Of a stretch of 64,000 nt of DNA, positions 46,664 through 54,878 are shown piece by piece. The stretch is from Chloroflexota bacterium. Its GTDB lineage: Bacteria > Chloroflexota > Limnocylindria > Limnocylindrales > Limnocylindraceae. The notes beneath the pieces were generated by a model. The model was not told the DNA's origin. It made no database searches and saw nothing but the letters and a program-made list of their open reading frames with translations. Position 1 is the stretch's first letter. Each line of letters starts with the position of its first letter. The stretch is from the NCBI GenBank assembly GCA_026389555.1, contig JAPLHQ010000072.1, positions 23,215 to 87,214 of the forward strand. Reading direction: 5' to 3'. The translations under genes and the position numbers were made by a program.

Positions 46664-47407
46664 ATGAGTCCAGAGTTGGGATATCAGTTGGTCTATAACT
46701 TTATGTCCCTCGCCATCGCGGCGATGGGTGCGAGCTTCTTCTTCTTCGTCTCCGCAAGGGGATCGCTGAAGGAAGGGAACCGCATGGCAGTCACGCTGTC
46801 AGCCACTGTTGTGCTGATCGCGTTCTACCACTACGTCCGCATCTTCGACTCGTGGGTCGCCACGGCGGGTGTCGGAAACCCAGGCGCGTTCAACGAGGGC
46901 TACCGCTACGTTGACTGGCTCCTCACGGTGCCACTCCTCGTCGCAGAGCTGATCCTCGTCCTTCGCTTGGACAAGAAGGTTGAGAGCAAGCTGATCCAGC
47001 GAAACGTGCTCTACGCCTTCCTCATGATCGCAACCGGATACATCGGCGAGTTGGATGTCCAGACCTCCGTGGTTCTTGACTCCTCACGCACGATCTGGGG
47101 CGCTATCAGCACGATCTTCTTCGTCCTGATCTTGCGCGACCTCTTCGGTGGGATTGATGCTTCCTTCAAGAAGCAGAGCAAGGAGATCCAGGGGATCTTC
47201 AAGGTACTCCGCGTTGTGCTTATCGCCACGTGGGGTGTCTATCCAATCGCCTATCTCCTTCCAACGATTTCGACCAGCCTCGGCCTGACGGCTGGGGACG
47301 GGCTCGTGCTGAAGCAGATCGGTTACACGATTGCGGACATCCTGGCGAAGCCAGGCTACGGTCTCCTCATCTGGAAGATCGCAACCCTGAAGAACTCAGG
47401 CCGCTAA
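46664..47407 (+). CDS. type-1 microbial rhodopsin, proteorhodopsin/xanthorhodopsin-like outward proton pump (DTE motif)
   Basis: 247 aa, 7 TM. Helix C RYVDWLLTVPLLVAE gives D84/T88/E95 (BR D85/T89/D96 positions). L at the PR-105 tuning position. His56 in AFYHYV (PR His75 equivalent). Helix F ATWGVYPIAY. Helix G TIADILAKPGYGLLIW with counterion D225 and Schiff-base K229. Strong RBS. GC about 56 % against about 68 % in the flanks. Confidence 0.9.
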   Translation: MSPELGYQLVYNFMSLAIAAMGASFFFFVSARGSLKEGNRMAVTLSATVVLIAFYHYVRIFDSWVATAGVGNPGAFNEGYRYVDWLLTVPLLVAELILVLRLDKKVESKLIQRNVLYAFLMIATGYIGELDVQTSVVLDSSRTIWGAISTIFFVLILRDLFGGIDASFKKQSKEIQGIFKVLRVVLIATWGVYPIAYLLPTISTSLGLTAGDGLVLKQIGYTIADILAKPGYGLLIWKIATLKNSGR

Positions 47408-47418
47408 ACAGATCGAAC

Positions 47419-47468
47419 ACGCGACTCGTGTCGCGTAGAAAAGGCCCGGGGGAAACCCCGGGCCTTTT
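47419..47468. terminator. tandem hairpins; bidirectional rho-independent terminator between rhodopsin (+) and tRNA-Pro (-)
   Basis: Hairpin 1 is ACGCGAC-tcgt-GTCGCGT (47419-47436). Hairpin 2 is GGCCCGGGG-GAAA-CCCCGGGCC (47443-47464), flanked by AAAA on the 5' side and TTTT on the 3' side. Confidence 0.75.
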
Positions 47469-47482
47469 CATATCTTGTGATC

Positions 47483-47559
47483 TGGTCGGAGCGACAGGAT
47501 TTGAACCTGCGACCTCTTGCCCCCCAGGCAAGCGCGCTACCAAGCTGCGCTACGCTCCG
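47483..47559 (-). tRNA. tRNA-Pro (anticodon GGG)
   Basis: Reverse complement CGGAGCGTAGCGCAGCTTGGTAGCGCGCTTGCCTGGGGGGCAAGAGGTCGCAGGTTCAAATCCTGTCGCTCCGACCA. C1-G72 is typical of bacterial tRNA-Pro. Anticodon stem CUUGC/GCAAG with loop CUGGGGG. Encoded CCA. Confidence 0.88.
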
Positions 47560-47594
47560 TTTAACTACGCTCCGTTTAACTACGCTCCGTTTGA
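47550..47594. repeat. three tandem 15-nt direct repeats (CTACGCTCCGTTTAA); the first copy is the tRNA-Pro 5' end
   Basis: Copies at 47550-47564, 47565-47579 and 47580-47594 (last copy ...TTTGA). On the minus strand the tRNA's first 10 nt CGGAGCGTAG recur twice in the 5' leader, separated by TTAAA. Confidence 0.8.
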
Positions 47595-47633
47595 TTTGTG
47601 AGCCGAGATTCTAGCAGCGCTCACCGTGAGTGG

Positions 47634-48632
47634 TTAGTGCCACTCCCCTGTTGGAGCGCGGCCCAACAGCCCTTGGGCGAGACGCTCAATGGAGACACCG
47701 TGTTCAAGTGCGGCAACCACCGCGGCGGTGATGGGAATCTCCACGCCGAGCTTTGCGGCGAGCTGTAGCGCGCCATGCGCGGTAGGGATCCCTTCAACGG
47801 TTGCGCCGATCTTCTCAACGGCGGCAGCGACGGGCATTCCAGAGGCGAGCAGCTCACCAAGGCGTGCGTTGCGCGAACCGGTGTTTGATGCGGTGAGCAC
47901 AAGGTCACCAACGCCAGCGAGCCCGAAGGCGGTTTCGCTCCGTCCACCGCACGCCTCAGCGAGGCGCGCCATCTCCGCAACGCCACGCGCTAAGAGGGCG
48001 GCGGCGGCGTTCTCGCCGTAGCCGAGTGAGCGGATGCCGCTCACAGCGATTGCGAGCACATTCTTCAGTGACCCTGAGATCTCAACGCCGATCGGGTCAT
48101 CGCTCAGATAGAGGCGGAACGTGGGGCGGGCAAGGAGTTGCAGTACTGCATCGCGACCCTCACCACGTGCGGCAAGTACCGCGGCGGCCGGCTTCCCTGC
48201 GGCGATCTCGCCTGCAAGATTCGGCCCAGAGAGAATCAGGATGGATGCCGGATTTGCCCCAGCGGCAGCCGCAGACTCCGAGGTGCGCTCCCCCTCCCGG
48301 CTGAGCCCCTTGGAGGCGATCACGATCTTCGCGGCGCCGACCCCTGCACGCGGCAGGGCGTGTCGAATTGCGTCGGATGGCACAGCGATGACGAGGAGAT
48401 CCCCTGCGCCGAGTGGAGCAAGCTCCTCTTCAGTTGAGCGCACGCGGACCGATGGAGAGAGCGTGACGCCAGCGAGGCGGCGGGGATTCTGATGGCTCGC
48501 GGAGATCGCCGCCGCCTCAGTGGCGGTGTGTGCGATCAGCTCAATCTCGGCCGTGGGCGTGCCGTCCTGCGGATGGCTCCAGAGTGCGGCGAGTGCGGTC
48601 CCCCAGGCGCCAGCGCCAAGGATGCGAATCAT
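47634..48632 (-). CDS. gpsA: NAD(P)H-dependent glycerol-3-phosphate dehydrogenase
   Basis: MIRILGAGAWGTALAALW and the GpsA catalytic region (SKGLSREG...NLAGEIAAGKPAA). Confidence 0.92.
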   Translation of the reverse strand: MIRILGAGAWGTALAALWSHPQDGTPTAEIELIAHTATEAAAISASHQNPRRLAGVTLSPSVRVRSTEEELAPLGAGDLLVIAVPSDAIRHALPRAGVGAAKIVIASKGLSREGERTSESAAAAGANPASILILSGPNLAGEIAAGKPAAAVLAARGEGRDAVLQLLARPTFRLYLSDDPIGVEISGSLKNVLAIAVSGIRSLGYGENAAAALLARGVAEMARLAEACGGRSETAFGLAGVGDLVLTASNTGSRNARLGELLASGMPVAAAVEKIGATVEGIPTAHGALQLAAKLGVEIPITAAVVAALEHGVSIERLAQGLLGRAPTGEWH

Positions 48633-50065
48633 CGAGAGCCGCCTCCGGTGCGGCCGCCGCCCTTGCCACGCTCACGACCCTCTTCGGCGGAGCGCTCGCG
48701 CACCACGATCCGGATTGGCGTGCCGTTGAGCGGGTAGCGCTCACGAATCTGATTCTCAAGGAAGCGCTGCCAGCTGAAGTGCACCTGCGCTGCGTTGCGG
48801 GCGAAGAGGACGAAGGTGGGGGGCGGCGTGGCCGCCTGTGCCGCGTAAAGAATCTTCGGTCGCTTACTGCCGCTATGCACCGGCCCCTGCCGAGCGACCG
48901 CCTCGGCGACAAGGCGATTCAACGCGCCTGTTGGGATGCGCAGCTGCCGCGCGTCGGCCGCCGCAATCGCCGCATCAAGCACCTTCGTGGCGCGAAGTCC
49001 GGTCAGCGCAGAGATGGAGACGATCGTCGCAAAGTCAAGGAAGGGCGCCTGGCGGCGAATCAGGCCCATCGCCGTATCAAAGGTGAAGCCGTCCTTATCG
49101 ACCAGGTCCCACTTGTTCATCACAATGACAAGCCCCTTACCAGCGTCGATCACCGAGCCCGCAACATGAAGGTCCTGCGCCTGGAGTCCTGTTGATGCGT
49201 CAATGATCAGCAGGGCCACATCGGCGCGATCAAGTGCGGCGACTGAACGGACGGTGGCGTACTTCTCTGCAACAGGCCCAGAGGCGATCTTGCCACGACG
49301 CTTGATCCCCGCCGTGTCAACGAGTGTGATGTGCCGACCGGCATGTTCAATCTGGTCGTCAATCGCGTCGCGCGTCGTTCCTGGCACATCGCTCACCACC
49401 GTCCGCTCCTCACCGAGGAGCTGGTTCAAGAGGCTCGACTTACCAACGTTAGGGCGGCCAACAATCGCAACCGTTACCTCACCCTCACGTGTCTGCACGC
49501 CGCTATCCGCGGGGAGGCCGCGCAGGCTCTCAATGAGTACGTCGAGCAGGTCGCCCGAGCCGATCCCGTGCTGCGCGCTGACTGGATAAATCGCATCAAA
49601 ACCGAGCGAGGCAAACTCGTGCGAGGCACGCTCGCGATCAATGTTGTCTGCCTTGTTCGCGGCGAGCAGGATCGGCTTCCCGCTCTTGCGCAGCAGTAGC
49701 GCCACCTCGGCGTCGCCTGGGTTTGGGCCGGTTGCAGCATCCACAACTAGGATGATGAGATCGGCGTTTGTTACTGCCATCCGCGCCTGATCCTGTACCG
49801 CAACGTCAATCACGTCTCCCTGCGACGGCTGCATCCCGCCAGTGTCAACGAGACGGAAGCGGAAGCCGTTCCAGTCAGCGATCGCAATCAGTCGGTCACG
49901 TGTTGTTCCTGCGCGATCCTCCACCACGGCGCGGCGCTCGCCAACGAATCGATTGAAGAGCGTACTCTTCCCAACGTTCGGCCGACCGACCAGTGCAACC
50001 AGCGGCAGTCGCTCCTGCGTGATCTCTTCCACCGCGCTCCCAGCGCGTTCCGAGCGCCGGGTCAC
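48629..50065 (-). CDS. der: ribosome-biogenesis GTPase Der (EngA), tandem G-domains + KH-like C-terminus
   Basis: LVALVGRPNVGKSTLFNR and a second P-loop VAIVGRPNVGKSSLLNQL; C-terminal KH-like domain. Confidence 0.93.
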   Translation of the reverse strand: MTRRSERAGSAVEEITQERLPLVALVGRPNVGKSTLFNRFVGERRAVVEDRAGTTRDRLIAIADWNGFRFRLVDTGGMQPSQGDVIDVAVQDQARMAVTNADLIILVVDAATGPNPGDAEVALLLRKSGKPILLAANKADNIDRERASHEFASLGFDAIYPVSAQHGIGSGDLLDVLIESLRGLPADSGVQTREGEVTVAIVGRPNVGKSSLLNQLLGEERTVVSDVPGTTRDAIDDQIEHAGRHITLVDTAGIKRRGKIASGPVAEKYATVRSVAALDRADVALLIIDASTGLQAQDLHVAGSVIDAGKGLVIVMNKWDLVDKDGFTFDTAMGLIRRQAPFLDFATIVSISALTGLRATKVLDAAIAAADARQLRIPTGALNRLVAEAVARQGPVHSGSKRPKILYAAQAATPPPTFVLFARNAAQVHFSWQRFLENQIRERYPLNGTPIRIVVRERSAEEGRERGKGGGRTGGGSR

Positions 50066-51075
50066 GAGGCGTCCGAAGTGCTCAGCGATGTGGTGCGGTA
50101 CTGGGGCGTTGCCGCGGCTGCGAGCGCCTCATGCGCAATCTCCGCCGCCTTCGCCTTCATCCCCTCCGTGCCAGCAAGCTGAGCAATGGTTCGCACGACC
50201 ACCTCAAGGTCTTCAATCGGGGTGCTCGTGCCACCAGTTACCCCCACGCGCTTCACGCCAGCAAACTGCGCCGCATCGGTGAGCTCCTTCGCAGATTCAA
50301 TCTGCACTGCACGCGTCCCATTGATCTCGCAGAGTCGCGTCAGCTCTTTCGTATTGGCGCTCTTGCTCCCGCCAACAACGACCATCAGGTCAACCGCTCG
50401 CGCCGCCTCCAGTGTGTCCTCTTGACGACGGATGGTGACGGGGCAGACGGTGTTGACTACTTTGAGCTCGTGACAGCGTGAGACCATGAAGGCGGCGAGA
50501 CGCTCAAACTTCCATGGCGGTTGCGTTGACTGCGTGATCAGCGCCATCCGCTTTCGGCGCGGGATCTTGACCCAGTCCTCCTCTTCGTCAACAAGGATCG
50601 CGTCCGGCGCGAACCCAAGAAGCCCCACAACTTCCGGGTGGTTCGGCGTTCCAAGGAGGACGATGTCGTACCCCTCATCCACCAGCTTCGCCAGTTCACG
50701 ATGCTCCTGCACCACCCAGGTGCAGGTCCCATCAATCACCTCAAGGCCACGACTTACTGCACGTTCCAGCACTTCAGGGGTAACGCCATGCGCGCGGATC
50801 ACCACCGCCGCACCCTCCTGCACCTGATCGAGGCTCTCAACGTTCTCAATGCCGCGCTGATGCAGGTCAGCAATCAGTCCCTCGTTGTGCACCACGTGGC
50901 CGAGCGTATGGGTCGCCTTCCCCTCCGCACTCGCAAGCTTCGCCTTGTCAATCGCCTCGCGGACGCCATAGCAGACGCCAGTGCGGCGGGCGATACTGAT
51001 GCTCTCAACGCTTCCCATGCGGCGATTATCCCCTAGTCGGCTCTCGGAGTCCCAGCCACGCATCAGACGGCGCAC
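50062..51075 (-). CDS. ispH: 4-hydroxy-3-methylbut-2-enyl diphosphate reductase (IspH/LytB)
   Basis: ISIARRTGVCYGVREAI, GHVVHNEGL, VIRAHGVTPEV, IDGTCTWV (Cys ligands). Probable true start is the internal Met near 51018. Confidence 0.9.
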   Translation of the reverse strand: MRRLMRGWDSESRLGDNRRMGSVESISIARRTGVCYGVREAIDKAKLASAEGKATHTLGHVVHNEGLIADLHQRGIENVESLDQVQEGAAVVIRAHGVTPEVLERAVSRGLEVIDGTCTWVVQEHRELAKLVDEGYDIVLLGTPNHPEVVGLLGFAPDAILVDEEEDWVKIPRRKRMALITQSTQPPWKFERLAAFMVSRCHELKVVNTVCPVTIRRQEDTLEAARAVDLMVVVGGSKSANTKELTRLCEINGTRAVQIESAKELTDAAQFAGVKRVGVTGGTSTPIEDLEVVVRTIAQLAGTEGMKAKAAEIAHEALAAAATPQYRTTSLSTSDAS

Positions 51076-51115
51076 AGGAGGCTCCCTGAGCCCCCGGCAG
51101 GGACGAAACCTGCGG

Positions 51116-51769
51116 CTAGTGGCGGCGGTAGTCGGCTGGGAGGAGGGCTGCGACTGCGTCGTGGATCGCTCCGCTCACCGTGGCGAGCTGCGGGCGCTCC
51201 CCCACTGGGTGCGTGAAGTGGAGTGGTGCGCCGATCGTCAGACGCACGCGATCGACACGACGTGGGATCAGTGCGCCTGGCGCCCACATCCGCTCCGTGC
51301 CACTCACCGCAACAGGGAGGACCGATACGCCGCTGCGCAGCGCCAACAGCGCAACGCCGTCATGGAATTCGCCGATGCGCCCGTCTCGTGACCGCGTCCC
51401 CTCTGGATAGATGCCGAGCACCTGGCCGCTACGCAGCACACCCTCCGCTAAGCGGAAGGCTTCAAGATCGGCGCTCCCCCTGCGCACGCCGAAGACACCG
51501 TTGATACGCAGGAAGCTCCCGACGAGTGGCCAGCGCAGTGCCTCCGCCTTCCCCATCCAATTGATGGCGCGGCCTGTTGCCGGCGTAAGCCAACAGGCGA
51601 GAAAGACAGGGTCAACCCAGGAGATGTGGTTGCCAGCAAGGATGACACCGCCTTGGCGCGGAATGTGCTCCAGCCCATCGACAATAACCTCGCGTGCAAG
51701 GCGCCGAATCACCCATGCGCCAAACGCATCGGAGAGTCGCATGCCGAGTGGTGGACGCTCAAGCCCCAT
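51116..51769 (-). CDS. plsC: 1-acyl-sn-glycerol-3-phosphate acyltransferase
   Basis: AGNHISWVDPVF (HxxxxD) and LGIYPEGTRS (PEGTR) acyltransferase motifs. Confidence 0.85.
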   Translation of the reverse strand: MGLERPPLGMRLSDAFGAWVIRRLAREVIVDGLEHIPRQGGVILAGNHISWVDPVFLACWLTPATGRAINWMGKAEALRWPLVGSFLRINGVFGVRRGSADLEAFRLAEGVLRSGQVLGIYPEGTRSRDGRIGEFHDGVALLALRSGVSVLPVAVSGTERMWAPGALIPRRVDRVRLTIGAPLHFTHPVGERPQLATVSGAIHDAVAALLPADYRRH

Positions 51770-51776
51770 CTGCGCG

Positions 51777-52463
51777 CTAGCGACGAACCTGGCGCACGAT
51801 CAGATCTACCACGTCGGTAAGTCCAAGATCGTCGGTCAGAATGACCTGCGCATCGTCGGCGGCGCGAAGTGGCGCAACGGCTCGCGTGCGATCCTCCTGA
51901 TCACGTGCCGCAAGGCTCCGCAGCGCCTCATGGTGTTCAGCTGATCCCGCCGCATACCCACGCTGTAGCGCCCGACGCAGCGCCCTCGCCTCAGCAGATG
52001 CGTCAAGGAAGAACTTATGGCGCGCCTCCGGGTAGACGACCGTCCCAATATCTCGACCGGCCAAGACCACACCGCCGCGCATCGCAATCTCGCGTTGAAT
52101 CGTGCGCAGTGCGGCACGCACATCTGCGAGCGCAGCAACAGTGGCAACCGCGCGCTCAACCGCCTCGCTCTCAAGCTCGCTCGCAGCAAAGTTTCGATCA
52201 TCAACAATGATTGAGGCACCGCCGCTCTCAAGGTCTACATCGGTAAGGTGCGCGAGCTGTACCACCTGATCAATCTGTGCCGAGCTCAACGTCTCAGTGC
52301 TGGCCAAAGTTTCGAACCGCGCGCCAGCGTCGAGCGCTGCGCGCGTGACGGCGCGATAGAGCAGCCCAGTATCAAGAAAGCCGTAGCCGAGCTCCGCGGC
52401 AACGCGTGTGCCGACACTGCTCTTCCCGCTTGAGGCGGGCCCATCAATTGCAACCTGTGTCAT
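51777..52463 (-). CDS. cmk: cytidylate kinase
   Basis: MTQVAIDGPASSGKSSVGTRVAAELGYGFLDTGLLYRAVT. Confidence 0.93.
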   Translation of the reverse strand: MTQVAIDGPASSGKSSVGTRVAAELGYGFLDTGLLYRAVTRAALDAGARFETLASTETLSSAQIDQVVQLAHLTDVDLESGGASIIVDDRNFAASELESEAVERAVATVAALADVRAALRTIQREIAMRGGVVLAGRDIGTVVYPEARHKFFLDASAEARALRRALQRGYAAGSAEHHEALRSLAARDQEDRTRAVAPLRAADDAQVILTDDLGLTDVVDLIVRQVRR

Positions 52464-52475
52464 GGCCGTACTCGC

Positions 52476-53414
52476 TCAGCCTGCAGCGCGGCTGCCAACC
52501 GCAAGGAGGATGCTGCCGAGCTCACTACGCTCGTCTGCCTCAAGCGGCCGTGATGCGCCAACCTGGATGCCCGCCAGATGGACGGGGCCAAAGGAGATGC
52601 GGATCAGGCGGCGGACCGGTCGGCCAATCGCACCGTAGAGGCGGCGAACCTCATGATGGCGCCCTTCGCCGAGTGCGATGTAGCTCCACTGTGCGGGATC
52701 GGACCCGTCATCAAGCACATCCGCTGGGAGTTGGTCTTCTGGTCGAATGTCGCGCGCATCAAGCGCATGCGCCCAGCCATCTGTCAGGCGAATGCCGGCG
52801 CGGAGTCGTGTCTGCTCTGCGTGACCGAGCGGCTGGTCACACATCACCGCGTACCCGCGCTGCAGCCCAGCGCGTGGATGTGCAATTGGTGAGACGAGTC
52901 GGCGCTCTGGCGTCAGTAGGAGCAGCCCCTCGCTTTCGCGGTCGAGCCGGCCGATAGAAAGCATGCGTGTCGCACGCTCTTCGCCAAAGAGTGGCGCCAG
53001 CGCCTGCGGCAGCGTGATCTCAGCGTGTGGATCGGCGTGTGTGGTGGTCACCCCCCACGGCTTATGCCAGGCGAGAAGTTCGGCGCCACCGAGTGGATCG
53101 CTCGTATCTACTGTAGTTGCGCTACGAGCCTGCAGCGCCTGCCCGTCAAGTTCAAGCGGTGTTGAGGGCTCAAAGCGCTCGCCGAGCTCTACCTTGCGCC
53201 CAGCACTCGTGACACGCTGCGCGGCGATCGCGGCGTCTGCGCCGCGGCGGGAGAGCCCAGAGCGTTCGGCAACGAGAACGTTGACGCGGATGAGGTCAGT
53301 CAGCGAGTGCTCCTTCGCCAGCTGGCGAACTTGGCCCCTCGTCGTCCGTATCTGCGGCCCCGCCACTCCCTGGCGCTTCGCTGACGAGCTGCAGGTGGAG
53401 GAGTGATTCAGCAT
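52476..53414 (-). CDS. rluB: RluB/RsuA-family rRNA pseudouridine synthase (S4 + PseudoU_synth_2)
   Basis: S4 domain (RVNVLVAERSGLSRRGADAAIAAQRVT), catalytic region (SIGRLDRESEGLLLLT; Asp in GRLD) and LIRISFGPVHL. The N-terminus overlaps the scpB end, so the true start is uncertain. Confidence 0.85.
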   Translation of the reverse strand: MLNHSSTCSSSAKRQGVAGPQIRTTRGQVRQLAKEHSLTDLIRVNVLVAERSGLSRRGADAAIAAQRVTSAGRKVELGERFEPSTPLELDGQALQARSATTVDTSDPLGGAELLAWHKPWGVTTTHADPHAEITLPQALAPLFGEERATRMLSIGRLDRESEGLLLLTPERRLVSPIAHPRAGLQRGYAVMCDQPLGHAEQTRLRAGIRLTDGWAHALDARDIRPEDQLPADVLDDGSDPAQWSYIALGEGRHHEVRRLYGAIGRPVRRLIRISFGPVHLAGIQVGASRPLEADERSELGSILLAVGSRAAG

Positions 53415-53955
53415 CTCCCTCGAGCGCCGGAAGGTCGGTCAGTGAAGAGAGTCCAAACTTGCGCAAGAACTCGAGCGTTGTTGCGTAACGGTGTGGGCGT
53501 CCAGCAGTCTCAAGACGATCAACCTCTTCAATGAGGCCGCGCTCTAGCAAGACACGAAGACCGTAATCGGCATCAACGCCGCGGATCTCCTCAATCCCCG
53601 CCTTCGTCACCGGTTGGCGGTAGGCAATCACGGTGAGAGTCTCTAGTGGGGCGGCGGTCATGTCAGAACCGCCAGTGCCGATCCATGCCAGCACGGCGCG
53701 CGCCTGCTCTGGGCCACTCGTCAGCTGCAGCTCATCGCCGTGCGTCAACAGGGTGATCCCGCGACTGGTGAGGCTTTTCTGTAGTTCCGTGACTAGTCGG
53801 TCGAACGCGGCGCGATCCGCCTCGAGCAGCTTCGCCGCCTCCTTGCGCGTCAGAGGACGATCAACGACGAATAGGAGTGCCTCAAGGTCCGCGGCGGTTG
53901 CGGGGTGCGTACGCTCAGGGAGGTTCACCTTCGCCTGGCGCTTCTCGTCGCTCAT
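53296..53955 (-). CDS. scpB: segregation and condensation protein B
   Basis: LEALLFVVDRPLTRKEAAKLL and a second winged-helix (AYRQPVTKAGIEEIRGVDA). Confidence 0.9.
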   Translation of the reverse strand: MSDEKRQAKVNLPERTHPATAADLEALLFVVDRPLTRKEAAKLLEADRAAFDRLVTELQKSLTSRGITLLTHGDELQLTSGPEQARAVLAWIGTGGSDMTAAPLETLTVIAYRQPVTKAGIEEIRGVDADYGLRVLLERGLIEEVDRLETAGRPHRYATTLEFLRKFGLSSLTDLPALEGDAESLLHLQLVSEAPGSGGAADTDDEGPSSPAGEGALAD

Positions 53956-53986
53956 CGCTCCCCCTCTTGCATAGGTCGCTCGCTCG

Positions 53987-54844
53987 CTATGCGCTCGCGC
54001 GCTCGGTAATGATGATCGGTCCCCAGAGAGTCTGCTGGCTCACCTCAACCTCGTGGCGCTTTGAGAGTTCCAGGAGGGCGAGGAAGGTCACCGCAATGAA
54101 CGAACGATCCTTACGGCCGCCGAGGAGTGTCTCCAGGTCAACGCCAACAAGTCCGTTGAGCCGCACCGCTTCGCGGATCGCCGCGAGCCGGTCACCAATA
54201 GAAACCTTCAGGCCGACTGGCACCATCGCCAGCGCGGCGAGTGGGCGCCGACGAGCGGCAATCCTCGACATCGCGCGAGCGAGTCGACGCGGGTCGGACT
54301 GCACCGGGACGAGTGGCTCAGTGAAGACCGGTTTCGGCTGCGGCAGGAGGCGTGTCGGCTGCTCACGCTGCCAGAGCGGCATCAGCATGCGATCGCCGAG
54401 CACGCGCGCAGCATCGCGGAAGACGCGATAGCGCACCAGTCGCGCACGCAGATCGACTGCGTCATCAGCATCATCAAGATCGTTCGCCTCAAGCACCGCT
54501 GCGGCGATCGGTCGTGGCAGGAGGGCGCGACTCTTCAACACGATCAGCTGCGCCGCAACCGAGACGAACGCTGAGAGCGTCTCTAGGCGATCGTCTGGGA
54601 TCTCCGCGAAGAAGCGGAGGAACTCGTCGGCGAACGGTGCAAGCGGAACGCGGCAGACATCAAGTTCGTCGCGCTCGATGAGCGCCAGGAGGAGACCGTA
54701 CGGGCCGCTGAATTCACCGAGCGCCACATAGGAGCGGGTGCGACCGAAGAGGCCACCCTGCTCGCGGCGGAAGACGACCCCCTCAATATCGGCAACGGCG
54801 GGATCCGGAAGTTCAAACCCCTCTGCAATCACCGAACGGTTCAT
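53987..54844 (-). CDS. scpA: segregation and condensation protein A (kleisin)
   Basis: FSGPYGLLLALIERDELDVCRVPLAPFADEFLRF and an ScpA C-terminal winged-helix. Confidence 0.9.
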   Translation of the reverse strand: MNRSVIAEGFELPDPAVADIEGVVFRREQGGLFGRTRSYVALGEFSGPYGLLLALIERDELDVCRVPLAPFADEFLRFFAEIPDDRLETLSAFVSVAAQLIVLKSRALLPRPIAAAVLEANDLDDADDAVDLRARLVRYRVFRDAARVLGDRMLMPLWQREQPTRLLPQPKPVFTEPLVPVQSDPRRLARAMSRIAARRRPLAALAMVPVGLKVSIGDRLAAIREAVRLNGLVGVDLETLLGGRKDRSFIAVTFLALLELSKRHEVEVSQQTLWGPIIITERASA

Positions 54845-54878
54845 CTCTCCCCTCCCATATCAGGTGGATGGTAGCCGC

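Noticed and set aside
46664-47407. Alternative readings of the opsin as sensory rhodopsin, Cl-/Na+ pump or heliorhodopsin
   Set aside because: DTE at the 85/89/96 positions (not NTQ, NDQ or F/A-containing sensory motifs). PR-type His present. No adjacent transducer. Lys is in helix G with canonical type-1 topology, not heliorhodopsin-like.
47230-47601. 123-aa + strand ORF running through the terminator hairpin, tRNA-Pro and the 15-nt repeats (ends [18 protein letters not shown])
   Set aside because: Overlaps a confident tRNA and a terminator. The peptide repeat is simply the translation of the DNA tandem repeat.
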